From assembly GCA_032718475.1 (NCBI GenBank), contig JAUCBJ010003082.1, forward strand, positions 1 through 64,000: a DNA stretch of 64,000 nt. Reading direction: 5' to 3'. Every line of letters starts with the position of its first letter. The first letter of the stretch is position 1. This document shows, in pieces, positions 39,850-53,072 of the stretch. A program made the position numbers and the translations under genes. This DNA is from Nemertoderma westbladi. Its lineage: Eukaryota > Animalia > Xenacoelomorpha. Below the pieces are notes generated by a model. That model was given only the letters and a program-made list of their open reading frames with translations, did not search any database and was not told the origin of the DNA.

Positions 39850-41415
39850 TATGTGGGGCGAGCCACGAAGTTGGCGGAGCCTTAGCGAATTGACACTGTT
39901 AGGGGGTGGGTCAATTTATGCAAATAGTTGTCGTCGTCGTCGTCGTCGTCGTTGTCGTCGTCGTCGTTGTCGTCGTCGTCGTTGTCGTCGTCGTTACGAT
40001 TTTGACATGCTAATAACTTTGTCGGATTTAAAGCTGCCAAGTTGAAAATTTGTAGGTATCAATATGAGCAAAAGTTGAGATTTTTGAGAGACTTTCAGAC
40101 ACCATCAGTGCAATGGTCTCCCGCTAGAGGGCCACATGTCTAAACATTAAATGGCCACCCATTTCTTTGCTTTTAATCCGTTTAAGCTGAAACTTGGGAA
40201 GTATGTACTAGACCATTAGCTGTAAATTTCAAAGGAGGCTAATCTGTCTGCAGTTCTCCAGTCTGCCGCTAGAGGGCGAAATGTCCCGAATGTGAAATTA
40301 TTCTTCCATTTAGTTGTTTATGATCTGATTACGCTGAAACTTGTCATATATGTACTAGATGACATCCTGAGTCTTTGTGTGGATTGTAATCGGTCCGAAG
40401 TTTTCCAGTCTCCCGCTAGAGGGCCACATGTCTAAACATTAAATGGCCACCCATTTCTTTGCTTTTAATCCGTTTAAGCTGAAACTTGGGAAGTATGTAC
40501 TAGACCATTAGCTGTAAATTTCAAAGGAGGCTAATCTGTCTGCAGTTCTCCAGTCTGCCGCTAGAGGGCGAAATGTCCCGAATGTGAAATTATTCTTCCA
40601 TTTAGTTGTTTATGATCTGATTACGCTGAAACTTGTCATATATGTACTAGAAGACATCCTGAGTCTTTGTGTGGATTGTAATCGGTCCGAAGTTTTCCAG
40701 TCTCCCGCTAGAGGGCCACATGTCTAAACATTAAATGGCCACCCATTTCTTTGCTTTTAATCCGTTTAAGCTGAAACTTGGGAAGTATGTACTAGACCAT
40801 TAGCTGTAAATTTCAAAGGAGGCTAATCTGTCTGCAGTTCTCCAGTCTGCCGCTAGAGGGCGAAATGTCCCGAATGTGAAATTATTCTTCCATTTAGTTG
40901 TTTATGATCTGATTACGCTGAAACTTGTCATATATGTACTAGAAGACATCCTAAGTCTTTGTGTGGACAGTAATCGGTCCGGAGTTTTCGAGTCTGCCGC
41001 TAGAGGGCGAAATGTAGGAAAGTGATAACCTTTGCGAATTCCTTGATCTTAATCTATTTAAGCTGAATTTTGGAATATACAGTACCGGTATGTACTAGAC
41101 CACATGCCTCGTCTTTGTGAGGAAGGTGATCGATCCGTAGTTCTTTAATATGCCGCTAGAGGGCTAAATGTATGAAAGTGAAAACCTTCCAACATTTCGT
41201 TATTTATGATCCGTCAATCGGAAACTTGGTAGATATGTAATAGACCATAGGATGTGGCTTTGTAGGGAAACTAATCCTTCCTTCTTCAGTTACCCAGTCT
41301 CCCGCTAGAGGGTTAACGTTTTCCGGGAAAATCTTCTCCTATGTTTTTATAATCCTTTCGAGTTGATACTTAGCATTAACTCATTTCACGTGCTGCGCGA
41401 AGGCCCCACTTCGTG
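39850..41415 (+). mobile_element. Helentron-associated (HINE/DINE-1/pearl-like) non-autonomous element with central tandem repeats
   Basis: 5' GTGGGGC and CACGAAGT are inverted relative to 3' GCCCCACTTCGTG; short hairpins at both ends; (GTC)n microsatellite at 39928-39994; central ~146-bp repeats. This modular layout is typical of HINEs. Confidence 0.6.
40100..41320 (+). repeat. ~146-bp tandem repeat (292-bp dimer), each unit containing a CCGCTAGAGGG(C) CTCF-type core
   Basis: Cores start at 40121, 40266, 40413, 40558, 40705, 40850, 40997, 41153 and 41302. Confidence 0.92.
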
Positions 41416-41606
41416 TACAGATGTATGGTGTTATGTTGAGAGAGTTCGGACACTAGGCGCTAGGCCTACTCAGAACAGAAGTAAACCAGAATGATATTTG
41501 GATACTCACACTCAGTGTGCTAGGTCTACTGCATATTGTTTCTTTCTTAACCCCTTGCTGAAACTGTAACACTGACACTGACACAGGAATATCTGAATAC
41601 TGGAAT

Positions 41607-42542
41607 ATGGGTGAAGATATTTCAACAGCTGAACGAGAAGTTATAGAAACCGATATATTATCGAACCACTACAGTATGAAGGATCTCGAAGCAGACACAA
41701 ACGAGGCGATAAACATTGTTCGTGGCTCAATCGAAAAGGCTGAGAACGCGGTTCGTATAGTCGAGTCGATTTCCCAATGCATCGACGATGCCCCAACAGG
41801 CGAAAGTATCGAGTTACTGGATCTAAAAAACTACCTCCTGTTAGACTATTCGTATCAACTGACTTCCTTGATGCTGGAAAAACTTCGGGGAAACTCTATA
41901 GAAGGCCACGAATCCGTTGTAAACCTCGCTGAGAATCGCGTTGTTCTGGAGAAAATAAAACCGATGGAAAAGAAACTGAAATATCTCGTCGATAAATTAG
42001 TAAAGACGGCGGAGTTGGGAGTTTCTGAGGATAACGATCCGTTACAGTACAGAGCAAACCCAGAGGCGCTCAGACCCAAACTGGCCGGAGATCGACGGAG
42101 TGGGGTCTACGTTCCTCCCAAACTCGCGCCGATGCATTACGACGAGGAGGAACGAGTGGAGGACTCCCGTAGACGAACGGAGGAACGTAAACGTAAACGG
42201 GCGTTGTCTTCCAATCTGATCGCGGAGATGCGCTCGCAGTTTAGCGAGGCCCCCGAGGAGGTGTACGATCGGATCGGGGGCGGTAGACGCGGCGAGTCGG
42301 AACGGCAGCGCTACGAGGAGGAGTTCCTCACGCGGCTCCCTGAGACCAAACAGTCGCGACGATCGGATCGGCTGGTCGGGACGTCCGCGTGGGACGCTGT
42401 GACACGGTTCGACGATATCAGCGCGCTGACGGGCGGCCCAGCACGGGAGCCAGATTCGGAGGAGCCACGGCGGAGGAGTCACGCAGTCGGGAGACTCAAA
42501 CGGAAATACGGACTGAAGAGAAGCGGGAAGAAACGGAAGTGA
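41607..42542 (+). CDS. NGDN: Neuroguidin / Lcp5 (Sas10/Utp3/C1D family, SSU processome), intronless
   Basis: 311 aa; LLDLKNYLLLDY...SIEGH..V.NL.E.RVVLEKIKPMEKKLKYLVDKLVK, DPLQYRANP, GVYVPPKLAPMHY, EAPEE, RQRYEEEFLTRL, and a basic C-terminus. Confidence 0.92.
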   Translation: MGEDISTAEREVIETDILSNHYSMKDLEADTNEAINIVRGSIEKAENAVRIVESISQCIDDAPTGESIELLDLKNYLLLDYSYQLTSLMLEKLRGNSIEGHESVVNLAENRVVLEKIKPMEKKLKYLVDKLVKTAELGVSEDNDPLQYRANPEALRPKLAGDRRSGVYVPPKLAPMHYDEEERVEDSRRRTEERKRKRALSSNLIAEMRSQFSEAPEEVYDRIGGGRRGESERQRYEEEFLTRLPETKQSRRSDRLVGTSAWDAVTRFDDISALTGGPAREPDSEEPRRRSHAVGRLKRKYGLKRSGKKRK

Positions 42543-43580
42543 CGTCATTTATAGCTACTATTCTCTCTAGTTAGTTTGGTAAACTTGTTTCTGTTAGTTT
42601 AATTTGATCTGCTTATAAATTTAACTCATTTATAATCTTACAGATTCGCAGACCGAAAGTTTATAAATATAAATTCATGCAATTTATATCATTTATATTT
42701 CAGTTTTTATGTAGGCCTAATCGCTACTGGCCTAGTTCTTTTATTTCGAGAAGGTTTACTGTACCGGTTACTACAGTGCTGTTGTTGGACGTACCAGGTC
42801 GACAGACACTCATGTGTGTAAACTTCAACAGACAGCAGACAATCACATCCGACAACTACAACTGCAGGCTGTGACCTTGGCTCTCGTTTATTGTTTTGGT
42901 TAGAATAGCTTGCCAATGTAACCTGCTCTTCTCTCTTAGCGTTTATAACTTTGTTGGATGTTGGCGTAGCGGTTACACCCGTCGACGACTTTGGGGTAAT
43001 TATACATATTACTACACATTATTTAATTCTAAACGACACGTATGCGGAGTGGATTTCCTCTCAGTAAAACTAGGGCAATGAAGATACAAATCTGGTAATA
43101 TAAAATTAATTGGAGATTAGGAATGATTTTAAGACATAAAGGAAAGGATTACACGACTGACTCAATGTAAGTAAATATTAGTGAATAGATATCAGTTACT
43201 ACATTCCTGCATTAGTTCTACTCTAATAGCGGGCCGCCGGTGGTGTGAGAGAGGATGTATTTATTGTGTATTATTTGTAATATGTATGAGGCAAAATTAC
43301 AATTTACATTCCGGTATGTTTTATTGATCCCCCCCCCCCCCCCCGCCCCACTCCCTCATACAACCTTGTGGGAAATACATTTGTGTCGGAATATTGCTAA
43401 TATATTTAACTTAATGACAACCTAGAAATAAAATCCTAACAAATATTTTTGTCATATGTATTTCCACACCGATCAGCTATTGCAAGCAGGTCTGTGAACC
43501 ATTAATACACATAATAGTAAATAAAATATAATGAAAACAGTATTACATTACATACTTAAACACAGTATTACATTACATAC

Positions 43581-44768
43581 TAGGGATGCGACAGAGCTCC
43601 GGCTCCGGAAATCCGGAGCTCCGGGCCAATTTTCTAGTTTCGGCTCTGGTTCCGGCTCCGGGCAAATTAACCCGGAGCCATTCCGGAGCTTATGTTGGTG
43701 AAATTTGAATTAAAATAATAAGTTTTTCTGATGTATGAATAATGTAAATATCATAGTAATTAACATAATAACTCATTAAGAAATTTACAGCTTGTTTTTT
43801 TAAGTTTCCTAATAAACCCCCACCCCCCTTGTGAAATTATTTAAATGTTTAAACAAAAACATTGGAATGATTGAGTTAATTCAATTAATTAATATTCTTC
43901 CCTAATTAAAAATATTAAATACTGTACATGTACTCTCGTTTCGTTCGTCAGTCTATAGAACCCCAATTCCACTGACCCCCACCCACAACAGGTTGGTACT
44001 GTTCATGTCGTTTTTTTTTCAGTCGAGAAGGGTGCAGGATATATAGTGACGGACCGGTATTATTCTAACCAAAACAATAAACGAGACTCGATAGCACATG
44101 TTACAGATTAATTGTATACTAGTAATCATAGCTGTTGTAACTAAGGATCTATTGTCGCAGGACATTATGTCACGGGACCTAACGATTATAGGACCTATGA
44201 CGTATTACCTGACATAAATTATAGACATAATTAGCGATGGTCATAATAATGTCCTGCGTTGTTTTGATGTCGGTAGAGTATCCCCCCCCCCCCCCCCCCC
44301 CCCAATATAGTTTTTTGGCTTCGTCACGATACCCATTGGTTGATGTACCATTTTACAGCAGGGAGTCTTTGGACGCAATAGAAATTCATCCCTTCCCTCT
44401 CCGGGGGAAAATCGACGCATATAACTGCTGATTACTACAAGAAAAACTGTAACCTGTTATATTGAATATAGTTAGTTTATTGTTTTGATTATAATAGTAT
44501 GCGACTGTAAATTGCTCATTTCCCTTAATTGATATAATTTAACATTGAGGCGAGATATTAATTCGCCGCGTAAGAAATTGCATCAAATCCCCCCCCCCCC
44601 CATGTCTCATGGACACATATCTGTTTATGTCTACTATAATAATACACTGGAATTATCAATCACCAAACCTCCGGCTCCGGCTCCGTCTCCGGCCGGAGCT
44701 CATATTGTAATCCGGAGGAACCTCCGGGCTCCGGCTCCGGATGAAATTTTAGCTCTGTCGCATCCCTA
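43581..44768. mobile_element. Non-autonomous hAT-type element inserted in the 19-bp satellite
   Basis: Perfect 18-bp TIRs TAGGGATGCGACAGAGCT / AGCTCTGTCGCATCCCTA; 8-bp TSD TTACATAC (43573-43580 and 44769-44776); subterminal CCGGCT/CCGGAG repeats. Confidence 0.94.
44060..44497. mobile_element. Small TA-flanked MITE nested in the hAT element
   Basis: TTATTCTAACCAAAACAATAAAC ... GTTTATTGTTTTGATTATAATAG with TA on both flanks; a further copy of the TIR lies at ~42883-42908. Confidence 0.65.
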
Positions 44769-45224
44769 TTACATACACAGTATTACATTACATACTTACA
44801 CACAGTATTACATTACATACACAGTATTACATTACATACACAGTATTACATTACATACACAGTATTACATTACATACTTACACACAGTATTACATTACAT
44901 ACACAGTATTACATTACATACTTACACACAGTATTACATTACATACACAGTATTACATTACATACACAGTATTACATTACATACACAGTATTACATTACA
45001 TACACAGTATTACATTACATACTTACACACAGTATTACATTACATACACAGTATTACATTACATACTTACACACAGTATTACATTACATACACAGTATTA
45101 CATTACATACACAGTATTACATTACATACACAGTATTACATTACATACACAGTATTACATTACATACACAGTATTACATTACATACACAGTATTACATTA
45201 CATACACAGTATTACATTACATAC

Positions 45225-45588
45225 CCGGAGTGCATCTCGTGGGTGCGGCGACGAATTAGCTTCGCTCTCCTCAGGTCATCCCTAATGTGTCTGCGGGGGT
45301 TCCGGTCTGCCGCCAAGAGACCGGTACGAGCAGCAAATGTCGCTGACACCTCCATCGTGTTAGCGAACGCCGACTCAGAGCCAGGCGCAGGCATGTTTAT
45401 ATAGGTTACAGGCTGTTTGGTGGTGGTGCAGTTTACCTGTTTGTTGTTGTTTAAGTTTTTAAATTTCCCGCGTTTCTGTAATTACTGTTTTTAATTGTTT
45501 GTTATAGTGCCTATAATTGTGTTTGTATTTCTGAAGGTTTTTATTATTTTGTGAATAAATGAGGCTTGTAAAGTAAAAAAAAAAAAAA
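45225..45588 (+). mobile_element. 5'-truncated non-LTR retrotransposon, CRE clade
   Basis: 45225-45404 translates to PECISWVRRRISFALLRSSLMCLRGFRS...* (the W.R.R.SF.LLRS..MC.RG.R C-terminal motif of CRE-like elements); T-rich 3' UTR; AATAAA at 45554; A14 tail; TSD TTACATTACATAC. Confidence 0.85.
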
Positions 45589-48500
45589 TTACATTACATA
45601 CACACACAGTATTACATTACATACACACACAGTATTACATTACATACACACACAGTATTACATTACATACACACAGTATTACATTACATACACAGTATTA
45701 CATTACATACACAGTATTACATTACATACACAGTATTACATTACATACACAGTATTACATTACATACACAGTATTACATTACATACACACACAGTATTAC
45801 ATTACATATACACACAGTATTACATTACATACACACAGTATTACATTACATACACAGTATTACATTACATACACAGTATTACATTACATACACAGTATTA
45901 CATTACATACACAGTATTACATTACATACACATTATTACATTACATACTCAGTATTACATTACATACACACACAGTATTACATTACATACACACACAGTA
46001 TTACATTACATACACAGTATTCCATTACATACACATTATTACATTACATACTCAGTATTACATTACATACACACACAGTATTACATTACATACACACACA
46101 GTATTACATTACATACACAGTATTACATTACATACACACACAGTATTACATTACATACACAGTATTACATTACATACACAGTATTACATTACATACACAG
46201 TATTACATTACATACACAGTATTACATTACATACACAGTATTACATTACATACACAGTATTACATTACATACACAGTATTACATTACATACACAGTATTA
46301 CATTACATACACAGTATTACATTACATACACACACAGTATTACATTACATACACATACACATTATTACATTACATACACACAGTATTACATTACATACAC
46401 AGTATTACATTACATACACAGTATTACATTACATACACATTATTACATTACATACTCAGTATTACATTACATACTCAGTATTACATTACATACACACACA
46501 GTATTACATTACATACACACACAGTATTACATTACATACACACACAGTATTACATTACATACACACAGTATTACATTACATACACAGTATTACATTACAT
46601 ACACAGTATTACATTACATACACAGTATTACATTACATACACAGTATTACATTACATACACATTATTACATTACATACACAGTATTACATTACATACACA
46701 TTATTACATTACATACTCAGTATTACATTACATACACACACAGTATTACATTACATACACACAGTATTACATTACATACACAGTATTACATTACATACAC
46801 AGTATTACATTACATACACACACAGTATTACATTACATACACAGTATTACATTACATACACATTATTACATTACATACACAGTATTACATTACATACACA
46901 TTATTACATTACATACTCAGTATTACATTACATACACACACAGTATTACATTACATACACACACAGTATTACATTACATACACAGTATTCCATTACATAC
47001 ACATTATTACATTACATACTCAGTATTACATTACATACACACACAGTATTACATTACATACACACACAGTATTACATTACATACACAGTATTACATTACA
47101 TACACACACAGTATTACATTACATACACAGTATTACATTACATACACAGTATTACATTACATACACAGTATTACATTACATACACATTATTACATTACAT
47201 ACTCAGTATTACATTACATACACACACAATATTACATTACATACACACACAGTATTACATTACATACACACACAGTATTACATTACATACACACAGTATT
47301 ACATTACATACACAGTATTACATTACATACACAGTATTACATTACATACACAGTATTACATTACATACACAGTATTACATTACATACACAGTATTACATT
47401 ACATACACAGTATTACATTACATACACAGTATTACATTACATACACAGTATTACATTACATACACACACAGTATTACATTACATACACACACAGTATTAC
47501 ATTACATACACAGTATTACATTACATACACACACAGTATTACATTACATACACAGTATTACATTACATACACAGTATTACATTACATACACAGTATTACA
47601 TTACATACACAGTATTACATTACATACACACACAGTATTACATTACATACACAGTATTACATTACATACACAGTATTACATTACATACACAGTATTACAT
47701 TACATACACAGTATTACATTACATACACAGTATTACATTACATACACAGTATTACATTACATACACACACAGTATTACATTACATACACATACACATTAT
47801 TACATTACATACACACAGTATTACATTACATACACAGTATTACATTACATACACAGTATTACATTACATACACAGTATTACATTACATACACAGTATTAC
47901 ATTACATACACAGTATTACATTACATACACAGTATTACATTACATACACACACAGTATTACATTACATACACATACACATTATTACATTACATACACACA
48001 GTATTACATTACATACACAGTATTACATTACATACACAGTATTACATTACATACACAGTATTACATTACATACACAGTATTACATTACATACACATTATT
48101 ACATTACATACTCAGTATTACATTACATACTCAGTATTACATTACATACACACACAGTATTACATTACATACACACACAGTATTACATTACATACACACA
48201 CAGTATTACATTACATACACACAGTATTACATTACATACACAGTATTACATTACATACACAGTATTACATTACATACACAGTATTACATTACATACACAG
48301 TATTACATTACATACACATTATTACATTACATACACAGTATTACATTACATACACATTATTACATTACATACTCAGTATTACATTACATACACACACAGT
48401 ATTACATTACATACACACACAGTATTACATTACATACACAGTATTCCATTACATACACATTATTACATTACATACTCAGTATTACATTACATACACACAC

Positions 48501-51500
48501 AGTATTACATTACATACACACACAGTATTACATTACATACACAGTATTACATTACATACACACACAGTATTACATTACATACACAGTATTACATTACATA
48601 CACACACAGTATTACATTACATACACAGTATTACATTACATACACAGTATTACATTACATACACAGTATTACATTACATACACAATATTACATTACATAC
48701 ACAGTATTACATTACATACACACACAGTATTACATTACATACACATTATTACATTACATACACAGTATTACATTACATACACAGTATTACATTACATACA
48801 CAGTATTACATTACATACTCAGTATTACATTACATACTTACACACAGTATTACATTACATGCACAGTATTACATTACATACACAGTATTACATTACATAC
48901 ACAGTATTACATTACATACACAGTATTACATTACATACACAGTATTACATTACATACACACACAGTATTACATTACATACACATACACATTATTACATTA
49001 CATACACACAGTATTACATTACATACACAGTATTACATTACATACACAGTATTACATTACATACACAGTATTACATTACATACACAGTATTACATTACAT
49101 ACACATTATTACATTACATACTCAGTATTACATTACATACTCAGTATTACATTACATACACACACAGTATTACATTACATACACACACAGTATTACATTA
49201 CATACACACACAGTATTACATTACATACACACACAGTATTACATTACATACACACACAGTATTACATTACATACACACAGTATTACATTACATACACAGT
49301 ATTACATTACATACACAGTATTACATTACATACACAGTATTACATTATATACACAGTATTACATTACATACACATTATTACATTACATACACAGTATTAC
49401 ATTACATACACATTATTACATTACATACTCAGTATTACATTACATACACACACAGTATTACATTACATACACACACAGTATTACATTACATACACAGTAT
49501 TCCATTACATACACATTATTACATTACATACTCAGTATTACATTACATACACACACAGTATTACATTACATACACACACAGTATTACATTACATACACAG
49601 TATTACATTACATACACACACAGTATTACATTACATACACAGTATTACATTACATACACAGTATTCCATTACATACACATTATTACATTACATACTCAGT
49701 ATTACATTACATACACACACAGTATTACATTACATACACACACAGTATTACATTACATACACAGTATTACATTACATACACACACAGTATTACATTACAT
49801 ACACAGTATTACATTACATACACAGTATTACATTACATACACAGTATTACATTACATACACACACAGTATTACATTACATACACAGTATTACATTACATA
49901 CACACACAGTATTACATTACATACACACACAGTATTACATTACATACACACAGTATTACATTACATACACAGTATTACATTACATACACAGTATTACATT
50001 ACATACACAGTATTACATTACATACACAGTATTACATTACATACACATTATTACATTACATACACAGTATTACATTACATACACATTATTACATTACATA
50101 CTCAGTATTACATTACATACACACACAGTATTACATTACATACACACACAGTATTACATTACATACACAGTATTCCATTACATACACATTATTACATTAC
50201 ATACTCAGTATTACATTACATACACACACAGTATTACATTACATACACACACAGTATTACATTACATACACAGTATTACATTACATACACACACAGTATT
50301 ACATTACATACACAGTATTACATTACATACACACACAGTATTACATTACATACACAGTATTACATTACATACACAGTATTACATTACATACACAGTATTA
50401 CATTACATACACAATATTACATTACATACACAGTATTACATTACATACACACACAGTATTACATTACATACACATTATTACATTACATACACAGTATTAC
50501 ATTACATACACAGTATTACATTACATACACAGTATTACATTACATACTCAGTATTACATTACATACTTACACACAGTATTACATTACATGCACAGTATTA
50601 CATTACATACACAGTATTACATTACATACACAGTATTACATTACATACACAGTATTACATTACATACACAGTATTACATTACATACACACACAGTATTAC
50701 ATTACATACACATACACATTATTACATTACATACACACAGTATTACATTACATACACAGTATTACATTACATACACAGTATTACATTACATACACAGTAT
50801 TACATTACATACACAGTATTACATTACATACACATTATTACATTACATACTCAGTATTACATTACATACTCAGTATTACATTACATTACATACACAGTAT
50901 TACATTACATACACATTATTACATTACATACTCAGTATTACATTACATACTCAGTATTACATTACATACACACACAGTATTACATTACATACACACACAG
51001 TATTACATTACATACACACACAGTATTACATTACATACACACAGTATTACATTACATACACAGTATTACATTACATACACAGTATTACATTACATACACA
51101 GTATTACATTATATACACAGTATTACATTACATACACATTATTACATTACATACACAGTATTACATTACATACACATTATTACATTACATACTCAGTATT
51201 ACATTACATACACACACAGTATTACATTACATACACACACAGTATTACATTACATACACAGTATTCCATTACATACACATTATTACATTACATACTCAGT
51301 ATTACATTACATACACACACAGTATTACATTACATACACACACAGTATTACATTACATACACAGTATTACATTACATACACACACAGTATTACATTACAT
51401 ACACAGTATTACATTACATACACAGTATTCCATTACATACACATTATTACATTACATACTCAGTATTACATTACATACACACACAGTATTACATTACATA

Positions 51501-51671
51501 CACACACAGTATTACATTACATACACAGTATTACATTACATACACACACAGTATTACATTACATACACAGTATTACATTACATACACAGTATTACATTAC
51601 ATACACAGTATTACATTACATACACAGTATTATTTACGAGCACAAATTCTTACATAATAGTCCTATCAACA

Positions 51672-52727
51672 TCAGCTACGTTTATGCGTCTGTCGTCCAT
51701 CATTTGCATCGATACTCGGAAGTATTATTTCACTCTGTGCAATTTTTCTACGTTGAGGGAAAATAACGTTAACTTTACCCAACTTTGTATTGTTATTGTT
51801 TATTTCCCTGCTGGGATTGTCGCTATGATTCACTAAGTTTGTAAGTTTAGGTGGCCCATGAATTTGTGGTAACTTAATTCCGGTAGACAAATCAACGACT
51901 CTCAGTCGTTGTGATTGCGTTTTATCGACGACTATGTGATCGTACGAATTCTTGTTTGGGTAAATGTAATTCTTTCCCATGGTGTCATAATGATGTATGC
52001 CATTGTGATTATCTTGTGTGAGTCGCGTTTGAGTTACTATGAACTGCTGCTGTTCTGATGTTCTTGTCTTTATTTTCGTCGCTGTATTCTCCAGCTTTAG
52101 TGGAGTCGGTTGGTAAAGGTTTTCGTTCGCATGATACACATTGGTAAGTTTACTCTTAACGTTTGCAAATGATTGTTTATTAAAACTGACTGATTTCTCA
52201 AGTGATTCACAAGTATTTCTGTAGTGTTCTTTAGCGCTCTGATAGTTTTTTCTACGTTCAATCTTTTCCGAACTATTTTTTATGGCTTTCCTCTCAGATA
52301 CAGCCCTTTTCTGTTCTCTTCTCTTGGAGTTCTCTCTCCTCCGTTTCGGCAGATCATCTTCGACAACTTTGTCAACTCTAAGTCTTCGCGAAAGCAGCGA
52401 GTTTGATAGAAGATTGAGTTGTGGCAGTTTCGTTTGAATGTCAATATAAGTTTCGGAATTGAAACACTCGGATTGTTTGTGTTTGTCGCAATTATTCGTT
52501 ATACCATTCGTATTAACATCATTTAAAACATGGGTATTTTGATTATCATTATCTTTGTCAATAATAACTTTGCGGTTGACAGATATAATTGGACTGACTG
52601 ATTGTTTAAGGTGGTTGTTATACGATTCTACTTTCGTTTTTAAATTGGTGAGTTTATCATCCATGTTATCAACCTCGTACCATTTCCGAGGGTTGGTTTC
52701 CACGCGATAGTTATTGTTCATCTTCAT
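51672..52727 (-). CDS. Uncharacterised 351-aa basic, Asn/Lys-rich, probably disordered protein
   Basis: ATG-started 1-kb non-repetitive ORF in AT-rich DNA; central basic helical segment; KLPQL, KLPQI and ILPSI motifs. No family recognised. Confidence 0.7.
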   Translation of the reverse strand: MKMNNNYRVETNPRKWYEVDNMDDKLTNLKTKVESYNNHLKQSVSPIISVNRKVIIDKDNDNQNTHVLNDVNTNGITNNCDKHKQSECFNSETYIDIQTKLPQLNLLSNSLLSRRLRVDKVVEDDLPKRRRENSKRREQKRAVSERKAIKNSSEKIERRKNYQSAKEHYRNTCESLEKSVSFNKQSFANVKSKLTNVYHANENLYQPTPLKLENTATKIKTRTSEQQQFIVTQTRLTQDNHNGIHHYDTMGKNYIYPNKNSYDHIVVDKTQSQRLRVVDLSTGIKLPQIHGPPKLTNLVNHSDNPSREINNNNTKLGKVNVIFPQRRKIAQSEIILPSIDANDGRQTHKRS

Positions 52728-53058
52728 AAGATTTATGATCAGTCAATTCAATATGTTATTGATAAGTTTAGTACAAAGATTAAAGTGGGTCTGTCAGAGA
52801 AGATACTACCGGTACCGTAAAATGTAAAGCTAATTAATATCTTGCCAGCAAATTGATTGAAAAATTTATCGCTTTCATACAATGTGAATGAAATTCTCAA
52901 TAATTGTTTAATTATGCCTATTTGACTAAACAACAATCGGTTTATGCTATGCAATGACACCTTGTATTCAGGTTTCCTGGCGCCCAATGACGTTGGCTTA
53001 AGGACTGCCAAGTCTCGTCGGCCAATTAGGGGATAAGTTAAGCGAACCCGATGTTATT

Positions 53059-53072
53059 GTCGCTATAGAAAC
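53059..53072. promoter_or_regulatory. RFX X-box-like motif GTCGCTATAGAAAC upstream of the orphan ORF
   Basis: Matches RTHNYY-WT-RRNRAC; lies about 330 bp 5' of the ATG at 52727. Confidence 0.45.

Larger units (their letters stand above)
43537..51632. repeat. 19-bp satellite (ACAGTATTACATTACATAC)n with (AC)n length variants, interrupted by two insertions
   Basis: Two units at 43537-43580; the array resumes at 44769-45224 and again at 45589-51632. Confidence 0.98.

Noticed and set aside
48859-51766. 932-aa and 392-aa His/Tyr/Thr-rich ORFs, and the ORF at 44545-45285
   Set aside because: Artefacts of a 19-bp satellite with no + strand stop codons; the monomer is not a multiple of 3 and all frames are open.
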